Below are positions 9,626 to 23,200 of a stretch of 64,000 bases of DNA, one piece after another. Origin of the DNA: Eledone cirrhosa (taxonomy: Eukaryota); contig OZ024744.1 in the NCBI GenBank assembly GCA_964016885.1, positions 43,586,001-43,650,000 on the forward strand, in the 5' to 3' direction. Positions within the stretch are counted from its first letter, which is position 1, and each line of letters opens with the position of its first letter. The translations under genes were made by a program, and so were the position numbers. Under the pieces are notes generated by a model. The model worked only from the letters and a program-made list of their open reading frames with translations. It did not search any database and was not told the origin of the DNA.

Positions 9626-12600
9626 GGCTGTAAGTCAGTAACGACGTATTTTTGGAGCTCTGCAAAAGTAGGAAATTTTCTGTTTATTTTCATTTATAAT
9701 AATTGTTGTATTCTTTGAAAGGGTTCGTAAGACTTCCGTCTTTGTCCTCTAAAGGGGTGACTGTGTAATATTTGGGAATTTTGGCCCAAATATTTGAACT
9801 CTTTTGCATTTTAAAAAATTCTCGAAAAAAAAAACAAAACCAAAAAAATCATGGCTGAGCCACGCCCCCAAATTTAAGTCTGCTGTCGTGTGACAGTGTC
9901 CTAAATGTTGAGAGGAGGGAAGAGGCAGACACATTGATTTATACTACATTTTGCAACATCACCACAAACAGCATAGTTGCAGCAACAACACCAATAGTGA
10001 GAACAATAACCTTTAAAACAAACCACGATAATACCAACCACAGCAGTAACAGCGACAACCAAAAGACAGAAATGATGACAACAAAAACAACGAAATTAAC
10101 ACCACTAACAATAACATAAACAGTGACAGCACCAACACCAATACCAACTGCACCGAGAACAACAACAACAACAACAACAACAACGGCAGCACCAAAGATA
10201 TAATCAACTGCAACAGTGATAATAGCAACAAGAACAACCACAACAACAACGCCAACGACAACAAGAACACTTGCGCTGCGGCAGCAGCCAAGAAAAGGCC
10301 ATGCTTCAACATGGACTTGACAGACAAGGAGACAAAGTTTTGCTTATCAAACAGGAGCAAAGCTGGGCCAACTTAACGGTCACAGCAGAGACCATAGAAG
10401 CAGTGGAGAAGAGAAGTCTGGTCCTCAGATGCATCTCAGCTGAGACGAAAAGAGCCACAAACTCTCCCCAAGCAGACGTCGAGGCTGCGCTGAGGTGCAT
10501 CAGGGGAGATAGAGAGTATGTAGCGAGGGGTCGACAATAAGGCACCATCTCTGTGCTGTTTAAGTCGGAGGCCCTCACTTTGAAGCACTCGACGACCCTT
10601 TGCAAAACCAGCAAGGTTATTATGTACATGGAAAAAGAATGATTAGAGTACCCATTCCCAGGATTCCACCTGGACTAGATATGTGGTGGCTCTTGGGATG
10701 CGTGATTGTGGAGGGGTCAGTTGCCGTCCCAATAGAGGTAACCAGGACAGGAGGAGAGGACTGGTCCGGGGTTGATCAAACATGAAGAAATAAAGAAAAT
10801 ACCGGAGAGATCTGCCTCCAAGACTCTACAAGTGATGGATGAGGGCAAAAGGCCGCACTGTTTCGGTTGCGGCGAAAAAACCACACTTGCGAGCCTTCTG
10901 CTCTCAGCTATTGAAAAATGCAATGGGTCAAAATTCACCGCTGCCACCGACACCGGGGCCTCATCGCGAAACAACAACACCAACAACAAAATCTACAGCA
11001 GCAATACCAGCAGAGCCAACAACTTCAAAGACCACCAAGACCACCCAAGGGCCACTCCAAAGAAACTCTCCCGCTCCCTCCCTATCGAACACACACACAC
11101 ACCCATACAATCACTGCCACTTACATCTGACACAAATACAAAAACGTCTTCATCACTAAGCGAAGATGAGGAGGAGGAACATCAAAAGCCAAAAAAAACA
11201 AAAAAGAAAACAATAAGAAATCTCACATACCAACACAAACAGCACACACAAAGACACATTCGCACCAAACACAGCCACACATACTACAACACCCACCCCA
11301 GCAACAACACAACCGTCAACACAAACACCATCTCCACCAACAACACTACCACTAACACAAACAACTAAAGGAAAACACACACAGCAACATCTTACAACCA
11401 CAACACCTAACTTTGTGTTAGTGAGGAAATCGAACACAAAACTACTGAACCTCATAACACGAAGTAAGAAAAGAGAGAAAGGAGGGAGGCGTTTAACACC
11501 TGCACCTTCAAGGTGCCACAAACACTCTTGCTGGTGCGAATAGCACTAAGCAATTGTAAAACAATTAGGGAGAGCTTCCCCAATGATGTGGGAACACCCA
11601 GTGTTAACGTCTCAAGTAGGCTTTTAAAGGGGTTCTCAAAAGAAACGCCACCAACTATGGAGGTCAAACCACCCGACGTTCACAAGAGCCCGGGAGGTAA
11701 GTAAACCTTTCATCTCTCTTTTAGCCTGCCAACATGGTCATATTAAGAGTAGGATGTTTACATGTTCGAGGCCTGGGATCGTCCTGGAAGCACGGTCACC
11801 TGCTCAACGACCTCAAGTCTCTAGAAATGGGTGTAATTGCCGTCAGCGAGACCCGGATTTCTGACACGCGTGCACTAGCCCCTATTTTCGACGACTATCA
11901 TATCTTTGGGAATGGGATGTGGGGTGGCAGTGCTGTTTAGGAAAGGCCTAGATCTCGAGGTAAGGTAGATCTTCCGGGACCCGGACGGTAAGTTGGTGGT
12001 CCTGGACGTGAACAATAGCAAAGGTGGTGCCTTTAGACTGCTGGCCGTCTACGCCCCTACCGGGGCAGGACGGCCGGATTTCTTTAGATGCCTGGAAACG
12101 TTCTGGGTACGTTTCGCCCTTTACTGTTAGCGGGGTACTGAAACGGCATCTTAGACGCACGCTGGGACTGTGTGGGATGTTCCGATAGGAGCGGGGGGTG
12201 AAAAAGCCTCATGTACCTGATCAGCCAGTTTCAACTGTCTGACAGGTACCGACTAGATTTCCCTAATGCGCCAGTGTGGACATGGACAAATCGTTTAGGG
12301 ACATCTAGATCGTACTTAGATAGGTTTCTAATTAGATTGGTTGATAAGGATAGTATAGGGTGTCCACAATTACATACGGTCGCCTATTCAGATCACAAGT
12401 TTGAGATCTGTATAGTCGACCTAGATAAGACGCGTAGTTTAGGACCTGGTTAATGGAAGCTGAATATGTCGTTTCCGGCACGTAAGGCTTACAGGGACCG
12501 GGTCAACAATTTAGTTAAGCAAAAGTTGACAATAGATGATGGGAGCTCTCAAAAGAGAGATTAGAGTAATTTCGATAGATTTCAGCAAAGTACTAGCGTT

Positions 12601-15198
12601 AGGGAAAAATTGAAACGAGGGCGAGCTGGTAGATAAGTTAGACGAGGGTATTTGTAGTGGAATTGCAACTGACGTGCTAGCGTGAGAATGGCATTAAATC
12701 ATTTCTTCAATGCGAAACACGAAGGTTGCGTTGTCAGAACTAAGGTGTGTGCTCTGAGAAACGAGGGAACCAAAGCTGTTCGATTAGCCCGCTTAGCAGA
12801 GGCGCAGCGTGGTAATGAAACCACGATTCAGTCTTTGACGGACCGAGACGGACACGGGATGAACGATTCCAAGCAGATGTGTGAGACCTTTCGCCAACAT
12901 TTTTTTCAGTTGTTCGGGGGAAGTGGCGAGTCAGAGACTGTGGGGGACATCAGTCCCTACCTGCGAAAGGCCGACTACTTCAGCCGAGATTCAGGACGCC
13001 CTTATCGGCTGCATGAGGCAAAAGTCACCCGGTTTGGATGGTATGCCCTACGAGCTTGACGTAAATATCCCAGACTTGTTCTCCGATCTCCTCGAAGCGC
13101 TCTACTGCAACTGGCAGCAAAACGGGAGTATTCCAAGTTATGTGTGCCGATAAGGAAAGTCGAGTACAAGAGGGACACATTAGACAATTTCAGGCCCATA
13201 ACTCTGCTCAACAAGGTGTTAGCGAAGAGGTTGGCAATTGTCGTCGAGGATTTGGTTGGGGAGGCGTAAACTTGCGCAATTCCGACCAGGTCCATACTCG
13301 ACACCTCAACCCGATCCGATACATCATAGAGAGGGTAGGGTATAAACCTGGCTTCGGTGGGGCTCTGGTCATTTTAGATCAATCGAAAGGATTCGATAGG
13401 GTCGACCATCGGTACCTGGAGGCTGTCCTCAAGGCATTTGGCTTCGGCCCCGTCTTCAGAAGCAGGATCGTTGCAATGCAAAGCGGCACCTGCTCGGTGG
13501 TCAAAATTAATGGCCACCTCTCGGAACCGTTTCAGATCTCCCGATTGGTCCGTCAAGGATGCGCTCTCCCTTCTGTACGTAGTGACTCTCGAGCCTTTAC
13601 TGCGGAAGCTGGAGCTGTTGCAGGGCATCCCGCTCGAACCAGGAAGCAAAAAGGCTGTGTCGGCTTATGCGGACATCACCGTGATGGTGTCGGACACCTC
13701 GGAAATCGAAGTGGTCGGCAATTTATTGGAGGAATATGAAAGGTTGACGGGAGCAAAACGTAACCCGGAAAAATCGGTGGGCTTGCAACTCGGCACCTGA
13801 AGAGGCAAGTCCATGCCGTCCATCAGCGTCGTTGGGCGCTGGACGGACGGACCGGCAAAGTTGCTTGGTTCGGGCCAGACCTCCAGGTGGATGAGAATTG
13901 GGACGAGGTGACGGGCAGGGCAGCCAGTCTCACCCAGAAATGGGCTGCGAGGAAGCTATCACTGAAAGTCGTCGGTTGCCCCAATTCACGCGTCGCCAAC
14001 TTGGAATGGCTCCTCTTCAAATTCTTGTGGAGGGGACAGGGTCCGTATGTGAGGCGGTCCATCTGCTGCCAGCACCCTCTACGTGGAGGGCTGGGCATGC
14101 TGTGGCTAATGATGCGCAGACATGCACTGAGGCTGCGGCATCTCCAGATATTCTGCCTAAACGGTGAACAGGTGTGGTCGCCCTTTTTCAGACGGGCCTT
14201 TCCGCAGCTCGTCTCTTTGACTGAGCTGCAGTCCTGGGTCAAGAATAGACCTAAACTGGGTGACTGGCATCTGGAATGTTGCCAGGCACACACTGCCCTC
14301 TACCAGGCCGGTAATGCGGTCAGTGGAACTTCCACTCTCGAGTTCTATAGAGGATTAGTGGTGGGCAATTGCGACGACGCACTCAGAGAGGCTCTGGCAC
14401 TCTACGAAGTCGAACTAACCAGTCTATTCCGGAGGACTTTCGAGCTCGGGACGATGGATAATTTCCAAAAATCCATCACTTGGCAGTGCGACTGTGGGTC
14501 ACTGCTAGTTCGGGGTAAACTCTACAGGCACGGAAGTACTTTCAGGTAGACCTGTCCGAGATGCGCACAGAGCGACGAAACTGTTCTGCAAGCACTTGTC
14601 CAGTGTCCTTGCATTACTGACTTGTGGAGTTATGTGGAACAGCTGTTGTCGCGTGTAGAACGGATCCGGTTATCGGCCGAGTCCATAGTGAAGATCGACC
14701 CGCCGCCTTCTTTTGGCCAGGAAGGGCAGGCAATGTCCCTCTGTCTGGTGGCAGTAGCGAAAGAGGTTGTATGGTGGATGAGGTTGAAAGGACTGAAGAC
14801 AGACACTTTTCTCTTCGGCCAATCCCTCATCAACTTTTTCAAGTTTCACTTGGAAAGGAAGTTGAGGGTGGAGAGAGAAGTGCTGCCCCGCAGTACATTT
14901 GCTGCGAGAATGGCCCATATGAGTGGGCCTACTCTGATCATGCGCCTGTAGGTGGGTGATATGAGGAGGAGAAAGGTGCCCTTCCTGGGTGCTCTCGAAG
15001 GTCGGGTCATTCAGCATTGGTGGGAGATCTGAGCTAACCATGGTTGGTCATCCAACCTATTGGGGAATTTTCCTTGTATTTTTATTGTTATTTTATTATT
15101 GTTATTTATATTGTTACACGTTGTATATGTAAACACCCACTGTCTCTGTCTTTTGTATTGTCCCCTATATGTTGGCCCTTTTTGCCAATAAATGAAAC
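9626..15198 (+). mobile_element. Full-length, heavily degenerate Tx1-like element, family B (ORF1 ~9851-11704, ORF2 11734-14951)
   Basis: ORF1 remnants homologous to 31978-33967 (SWANLT, RPHCFGCG); APE and RT motifs; many stops; ends ccaataaatgaaac plus ATT tract 15199-15214. Confidence 0.92.
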
Positions 15199-15214
15199 TA
15201 TTATTATTATTATT

Positions 15215-18200
15215 GAAGGTGAAGCCACGCTTCTTATCGGCTCCAGTTTTTTTCAACAGTATACCTCGTTTTCAACTGTTCTTAACCTTTTCAAGTTTTA
15301 AACTTGATAAAGGTTTAGAAGAAGTGACCCACCTTATACATGGGTTCACTCGTAAATAATACGGCACCCCTTTATGGCGTGTCGTATTATGTAAAAAATT
15401 ATTTGAAAAAAATTTCTTTCAAAATGGATAACACAAGAAAGAGAGAGAGCTCTGTCAGACAACACAGGGAGAGGCAGACTTTGTCAACATATCAACAAGA
15501 CAGCGTTCTAGCGAAGGTAAATATAAAAGAAAATATTACGAAAGAAAAGAGGAACAATATCATTTTTAATGATATCGTTACAGATTTAAAATTACCAAAT
15601 ATTACTAACACAAACAACACCAACAATAACAATAGCAACAACAAAAACAACAGCGGTAAGGTCGAGAACGACAATAACAATTACAATAACAACAGCCACA
15701 ACAACAATAATAGTGGGAACAGTATCAACAAAAACAATAACAGCCACAATAACTGTAACAACAGCAACAGTATCAACAAAATCAATAATAACAACAGCCA
15801 CAACAACAGTAACAGCAACAACAGTACCAACGAAAACAACAACAATGACATCAATACCAGTAACAACGATCTCAGCACCACCAGCAAGACCAGTAGCAGC
15901 AGTAGCGGCAGCAATAGTGGTGCTGCTGAAAAAGGGACCACTTCTTTTGCAGGTGTCACCCGAAATTTCGAGACAGTGTTAGTCACAGAGGAGGAGATGG
16001 CAGTCGCAAGGGCCATGGTGACAAGAAGCGCCAATAGAGTTTCCCTGAAACCTCCACCCGATATTTTCAAGGACCAGCAGCTACGAACGGTGACTTACCG
16101 CACCGTAAGCAGAATCTCACATCAGGTGGAGAGAGCCACGGGTCTCAAATCCAAAAGGCCTTGGGGGTGCGTCTGGCCGCGCAAAACCCACATCACCAGA
16201 GGCAGAAAGTATGCGACAGTAGACGTACGTTTTGCTACACCCCAAGAGGTAAAGTCCCACTCTTTGGAAACCCTAAAGAGTGAGGAGATATTATTGGTGC
16301 CCTCCTACTGCGGGCAGAAAATTGTGAGTGTCAAAGTGACCCAGTGACTGAGGCGCGAGTGAAGTGGCAAACGGTCTACCACAAAAAAGAAAAAAGAAAA
16401 TAACCTCTTAGCTTCACCCTCCAAAGGCGAAGGCAAACAAAGGGCGGTAAAGGCTGCAAGGCGACTCGCAGCAACGCCACTACCATCTCTATCAACAACC
16501 ACCACACCGCCACCACCACCAGCATCACCACAAACATCAACATCGCAAACACAAGACAAAAATACCCAACACTAGCAACAAGAAAACAGTACCCCCCCCC
16601 CCAAAAAAAAAAAAAAAAAAAAACATTACACAGCAATAAACATGGCAAATAAAGAACTCTTAGAACATATAAAGCAGCACACAGACATTACAGACAAAAA
16701 TTACTACACTCCACCAACACCAAGAACTCTCCCCCAAAATATAAACATTATTGAAATTAAAATAGAACATTATAAACTTTTAAAAGAAAAATTCCCCAAC
16801 GCAGTTGGAGACTTCGGAGATTCAGTTACCAAAGGGATATACACTGACATCATCTTGGAGACACCCATGACCAGCCAAAGGGACGGTTCAACTGACCCTT
16901 TCCCACACGATCAGGGTAGGTGATCCTTTCTCACTTACTCCATTCCTTACCCAAAATGGCCTTACTTAGAATAGGCAGTATAAATGTACGTGGCCTGGGG
17001 TCATCTTGGAAGCAGGGCCACCTGCTTAACGATCTCAGGTCACTAAACATAGATGAGGTGGCCATCAGCGAGACCAGAATTTCCGAAGCACGAGACTTCA
17101 CACCGATCCTCGGCGGCTACGATGTATACGCATCTGCCAGCCGTCCGGGCCATCTTCCTGGATGCAGAAAGTAAGTCGGTAGTACTGGACGTTACAGGCA
17201 GCGAAGGCAATGTTTTCAGGCTAGTAGCCGTCTACGCCCCAACAGGAGCAGGGCGGCCAGATTTCTTCAGACGTCTAGAGACCTTTCTTGGAACGTCCTG
17301 CTCTTTAGTGTTAGTGGGTGCTTGGAACGGTATCTTAGATGCACGCTGGGATTATGTGGGGCTGTAAATAAGGGAGGAGGATATAAAAGCTTCACCAACC
17401 TGCTCATACGTTTTCAACTGTCTGACAGGTATTGACTGGATTATCCGCATCGGGTCATCCAGGTGGTATCTACATAGGTTATCGTGTAGGGAAACAGATA
17501 AGGTTAGCGTAGGTTGTCCACAATTTAAAGTAGTCGGCTACTCGGACCACAAATTTGTGATCTGTGAAGTCGACTTAGATAAACTTCATAGGCAAGGACG
17601 CGGTTACTGACTGGAAGCTGAACGCGTCTTTCCCGGCACCTAAAGCTTACATAGATAGGATATGCGAATTAGTTAAGCGTGCGTTGACGTCAACAACAAG
17701 TGGTGGTTTACCCTGAAAAGGGCAATTAGAGTAGAATCAATAAGGTTTAAAGGAGTAAAGATAGAGGAAACCAGAGTAGAAGGAGAGCTAGCTTGAAAGC
17801 TAGAAGCGGCGTTTAGGACAGGCATCGCAACCGACGTGCTTGCGGTAAGATTGGCACACGACCAACTCTTCAATGTAACGATCAAGGCTGCGTTGTCAGA
17901 TCTAGAGCGTGTTCTCTGAGACGAGAGGGAACAACAGCTGTGCAATGGGCCCGGGTAGTCGGGTAGTCGGGTGGTGGAAGTGCGACGTGGCAACAAGTCC
18001 ATAATTCAATCCTTGCCTGACCAAAACGGGCACATGTTACTCGAACCCGAGCAGATGTGTGAGGCTTTTCAGCAGAACTTTGCTCAACTGTTTGGGAGCG
18101 GCGGCGGGCCAGATCGGAGTATGAACTTCAATGCATAATTGGAGGGATTGCCGCAGCTCTCGATGACCGCAGTGCAGTATTGCGAAAAGTCGATAACAAC

Positions 18201-20113
18201 AGGTGAAATACGAAAAGGTTTGGATGGTCTGACCTACGAGCTTTATGCGTACATGCCAGACTTGTTCGGCGACCTCTTGGCAGACGTCTACTGCAGCTGG
18301 CAGCAGAACGGGAGCATTTCCACTTTTGTGAACCGGGGAGCGGTTGAGAAAAAACCCTTACAAAGGGGACGTTATAGTTAACTTCAGGCTCATAACTTTG
18401 TTAAACACAGATTTCAAGATTTTGTCCAAAGTGTTAGCAACGAGATTGGCGCTTGTCGTCGGTAATATGGTAGGAGAGGCGCAGATATGCGCATTCCAGA
18501 CAGATCCATCCACGAAAACCTACACCTCATGCGACACATCATAGAGAGGGTGGTTAAGGAACCTGGCACGGGTGGGGCTTTCATCAACTTAGATTAATCT
18601 AAGGCATTTGATAGGGTCGACCATCGGTACCTGGCGGCGGTCCTCGAGGCGACTGGTTTCGGGCCCATTTTCAGAGGTTGGATCGTTGCTCGGGGTCTGG
18701 TTCGGTCTAGATCTCCAGATGGAGAAGAACTGGAGCGAGGTGATGAACAGGGTGGTATCTCTCACCCAGAAATGGGCCGAGAGGAAGTTGTCCCTGAAAG
18801 ATCGGGCAGAGGTGGCGAATGCGTTCATCGTATCCGTCATCTGCTACCGCCTAACCGCTGTAACTTGCCCCGGTCCAACTCTGACAAAAATTGAGCGCTT
18901 CCTCTTTTTATGGAAGGGACTTGCTCCCATGGTCAGGCGATCCATCTGCTGTCAACACCCGTTGCGTGGAGGACAGGGCATGCCGTGGCTGATGATGCGC
19001 AAACACGCGCTGAGGCTGCGACATCTCTGGTGCTTCCTTGACGGTGAACAGGTGTGGTCACCGTTTGCCAGATGTGTTTTTCCCCAGCTGGTCTCATTAA
19101 CGGAGCTGTACTCTTAGATCAGGAAAAGAGCGAGGGTTAGTGCTTGGAAGCTGGAATGTCTCCAAGCGCTCACCGCCATCTACCGGCTGGGCACTAGTAT
19201 CGGTGAAACATCCACCTCGGCGTTCTGTAGAGGACTAGTGGAGGGGAAGAGTGACGACGTTCTCGGTGAGACCCTGGTCGTCGAAGACGATCAGCTGTTC
19301 GCTTTCTTCAAGAGAACTTTCCGCCTGGTTTCTATGAACAACTTCCAGAAATCCCTGGCCTGGCAGTGCTACCGGGGAGCGTTGCCGGGTCGAGATAAGC
19401 TCTACAGACACGGAAGTGCCATCAGCTGAACCTGTCCGAGATGCGCACATAGCAACACAACCATTGTACACACACTCGTTCAGTGTCCGAGCATTGCTGA
19501 CCTGTGGAGCTATGTCGAACATTTGATGTCACGTGTAGGACGGATCTGGTTTTCGACTGAGTGCATTGTGCAGATAGCCCCGCCGTCCTCCTTTAAAGAG
19601 GAGGAAGGGCAGACAGCTTTCATCTGCCTGGTGGCCATGGCGAAAGAGAATGTGTGGTGGACAAGGCTGAAAGGATTGAAGACGGACACTTTCCCTTCTG
19701 GCCAATCCCTGATTAACCTTTTCAAAATTCAGTTGAAGAGGAAAATCAGGGGGGAGAGACAAGTCTGTCTTCTAGTAAGTTTGTTGAAAGGTGGGTGAAA
19801 GTGGCGTGTCTGGTCCGAGTGAACGTGCCCGCTCTGAGTATGCGCCTGCAGACTGAGAATTGGAAAACTGAAAGACGGCGCTTGCCCTGGTGGTCAGGGT
19901 GGCAGTGCTCTTTTGTGTGGTTTTCGCCACGAGTGACCCTCGGAAGTTTCCCCCCTATTGGGGAATTTTTCTTGCTTAAATTTTTTTGATATTTCTATCT
20001 TCTTATTATAATCGTTTTTTAACACGACAATAACCCATTTTTTTTATCGTCCTATACCGTTCTGTGCCGTCTGTAATGTTTTTCTTCATGTTAGCCCTTG
20101 TGGCCAATAAAGA
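15215..20113 (+). mobile_element. Family C Tx1-like element with several internal deletions (ORF1 15424-16923, ORF2 16956-~19850)
   Basis: 5' end ggtgaagccacgcttc shared with 44221; Asn-rich ORF1; deletions at ~16345, ~17148, ~17447 and ~18685 (the last removes the QG..YADD core). Confidence 0.92.
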
Positions 20114-20283
20114 AGAATTGGCAGCATTGGTAGAGGGTCAGACATGCTTTCCAGCTTTACGATCTGAGTTCAAATCCCGCCGAGGTTAACTTTGCCTTTC
20201 ATCCTTACGGGGTCGATAAAATAAAGTACCAGTAATGTACTGGATAATTGCTGGTCTTGTGCCAAAAGTAGAAACAATTATTA
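20114..20283 (+). mobile_element. tRNA-derived SINE with a Meta-domain-like core, ending in an ATT tract
   Basis: A-box-like tggcagcattgg 20119-20130; B-box gagttcaaatcc 20166-20177; gcctttcatccttacggggtcgataaa resembles the MetaSINE core as I recall it (not searched); ATT tail to 20297. Confidence 0.8.
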
Positions 20284-20297
20284 TAATTATTATTATT

Positions 20298-23200
20298 GGC
20301 GACTTACGTAGGAAATTGTATTATCGTGAGCTCCACAAAGGTTTGTTGTTTTCAGTTGTTTCAAATTGCCAGTCATGGAAACCTTTTGTTGTTATGTATT
20401 TATAAGTTCACATATATTGCTTTCTGAAAAGACACTCAATAATATTGAGGCCTTGAGCCCCAAATTTAAACTTTTTATTTATCAAACAAAATATTTCTTT
20501 GAAAAAAAAACATGAACGACAAATCTGCTGTTTCCAACAGACTAACATCCTAAAAATATCAATAACAACAGCAACAGCAACAACAATGAGAATAACAACA
20601 ACAACATCAACACCAGCGCAAAACAAAATGTGTCGTTTGCCAAAGCAGCCAAGAAAAGCGACACAATCGAGGTAAGCCAGGATGAATTGAATGAAGCCAA
20701 GCGAATGGTAAAAAAAGATGGGTACAGGGTCAGTCTCACCCCCGCCCCATCTAATAAATTCTAGCATCGGCGCCTATGCACCGTGTCATATCGGACGCGA
20801 TAAACACAAAATCACGCCGAGTGGAACGGGCATCCGAGTCCCAGATACAAAAAGCTTTAGGACATGTGTGGGCGAAAAAACGCCACATCAGACGTGGGTA
20901 GAAATATAGAACCGTGGACGTGTTGTTTGGAACCCCACAGGAAGGCAGAGAGCACGCCATGGCACCATTAAGAAGTGACGAGTTCACACTCGTCCCAAGC
21001 TATTGTGGTCAGAGACTGGTGAAGATCAGGGTGACCCACGTTCCGCCGGCCAACGAAATTCCCTGATTAAGGCTGCCGTCCTCGCCGACTTCGTGGCCAA
21101 CACTAAAATAATTGAGGTAACAAAAGAAAAGCGGGAGAACTGGTCGGGATCTGGGATGGAGCTCCTGATCCAAACGGAACAAAAATACAAAGAGGAAATT
21201 CCAGAGGTGATAGACCTCAATGACGGCAGCCACCTCACCGTAATCTTTAAGGGTAGAAGGCCTAGGTGTGTCGTTCGCGCGAAGGAACCCACCTAAAGGC
21301 TTTCTGCCCTCAGGCTAACAGTTGAGGCCACTTCTCCTACCCACCCCAGTGACTCAACCATCAAAACCAGTAGCAGAAATGGCAGCAACAACTGTAATAA
21401 CAACAACAGAAGCAACTGTAGCAGCAACAACTCCAGCAACTGTAACAGCAACAGTAGCAAACCCAACACCACCACCTACCGCGCCAGAATTAGCCCCAGC
21501 GCCTCCACCATCCACCTCGCCACAACCAAAACCAACGCCTGTGGAGGAGTTTTCACTCCCCGACCTATCACAACTGGAGACAGACTGTGACAACGAGGAG
21601 GAGTAGGAAACTGTATCTCGAAAAAAGAAAGAATAGAACCCAAAAAACAAAAATCCCGTTCCTACGCCCTCTAAAAACAAAATGCAGGGGGGAAACAAAC
21701 AAATAAAGTTAAGACAGCTATGCCACCACCCACACCAGTATCACCAGCCCCATCACCACAAACACCAACACCATCACCATCATTAACCCGAACACCACCA
21801 TCACCAACACCACAAAAGTCACAAAAAAAGCGAAACAGAAACAAACCCACAACAAACGCAAACAAAACAAAGCAACCAAAACGATACACACTACACAGCA
21901 TTAAATTTGAACAACAACCAATTATTACACTACATCCAACATAACACCAGCATCACAGAAAAACTACACAATACCCCCAAAAATTCACACCACCCACACA
22001 CATATAAATCACTCGCATCACACAGAAAACGTACACAACAATAAAATTAAAATTCCCCAAAGACATCGGAGTCTTCCGACAAACACTCTCCAGGAGGATT
22101 TATAAGGACATCCTTCCGGAGGAGGCCACAAACAGTGAAAAGGATGGAGAAACCATCCTTCCTCAACGAGAAGTGAGGTAAGTGTCTTTCCCATCTTTTT
22201 CCACTCCTTTTCAACATGACCTTACTCAGAATAGGCAGTATAAATACACGTGGCCTGGGGTCGTCATGGAAGCAGGGCCACCTGCTCAACGACCTCAGGT
22301 CACTAAACATAGAAGTGTTGGCCATGAGCGAGACCAGAATCTCCGAAGCACGAGCCTTCGCACCGTCTTCGGCGGCTACGATGTATAGGCATCTCCCAGC
22401 CGTCCGGGATCGGGGAGGTGGATGTGCTTTTTCGGAGAGGCTTGGATATCACCATGCGGGCCATCTTCCTGGACCCAGAAGGTAAGTTGGTGGTGCTAGG
22501 CGTGACCAACGGAGACGGGCAAGCTTTCAGGGTAGTGGCCGTCTATTCCCCGACAGGAGCAGGGCGGCCTGATTTCTTCCGGCGTCTGGAGACCTTTCTT
22601 GGAACGTCCCGCTCTTTAGTTTAGTATGCGACTGGAACGGGATCTTAGATGCACGCTGGAACTGTGTGGGATTAGCAGATAGTGGAGGAGGGTGTAAAAG
22701 CCTCGCAAACCTGCTCTGACGGTTTCAACTGTCTGACAGGTGCCATGTGGATTTCCCGAATGTGCCAATGTGGATCATCGGATCATCCAGTTCATATCTA
22801 GATAGGATATTTTGTAGGGAAATAGATAGGTCTAGCATAGGCTGTTCACAATTCAAAATAGACGACTACACGGGCCACGAATTCGTGATCTATGTTGTTG
22901 ACTTAGATAGGCTTCATAGACAGGGACCCGGCTACTGGAAGCTAAACGCGTCGTTAACAGCGCGCAAAGCTTACAGAGACCGGATTAGCGAATTAGTTAA
23001 GCGGGTGTTCTCAGGGGCCTTTGACAACAACAAATGGTGGTTTGCCCTGAAAAGAGCGATTAGAATAGAGTCCATTAGGTTTAGTAAAGCGTTAGTAATA
23101 GAGAAAAATAGAGCTGAGGGAGAATTAGTTTGAAAATTAGACGAAGCGCTTTGCAAAGGCATCGCGACCGACGTACTTGCGGCGAAATTGGACCTTGACC

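Noticed and set aside
11697-11724. 28-39 nt GT..AG micro-intron that might fuse ORF1 to ORF2 (B at 11697 and ~33960, C at 46457)
   Set aside because: Very short for a metazoan intron, removal leaves the ORF2 ATG out of frame with ORF1, and the AG is absent in family A and in the copies at 16950 and 56870
20114-20190. tRNA gene
   Set aside because: Has A/B boxes but no convincing cloverleaf, and continues into a SINE core and repeat tail
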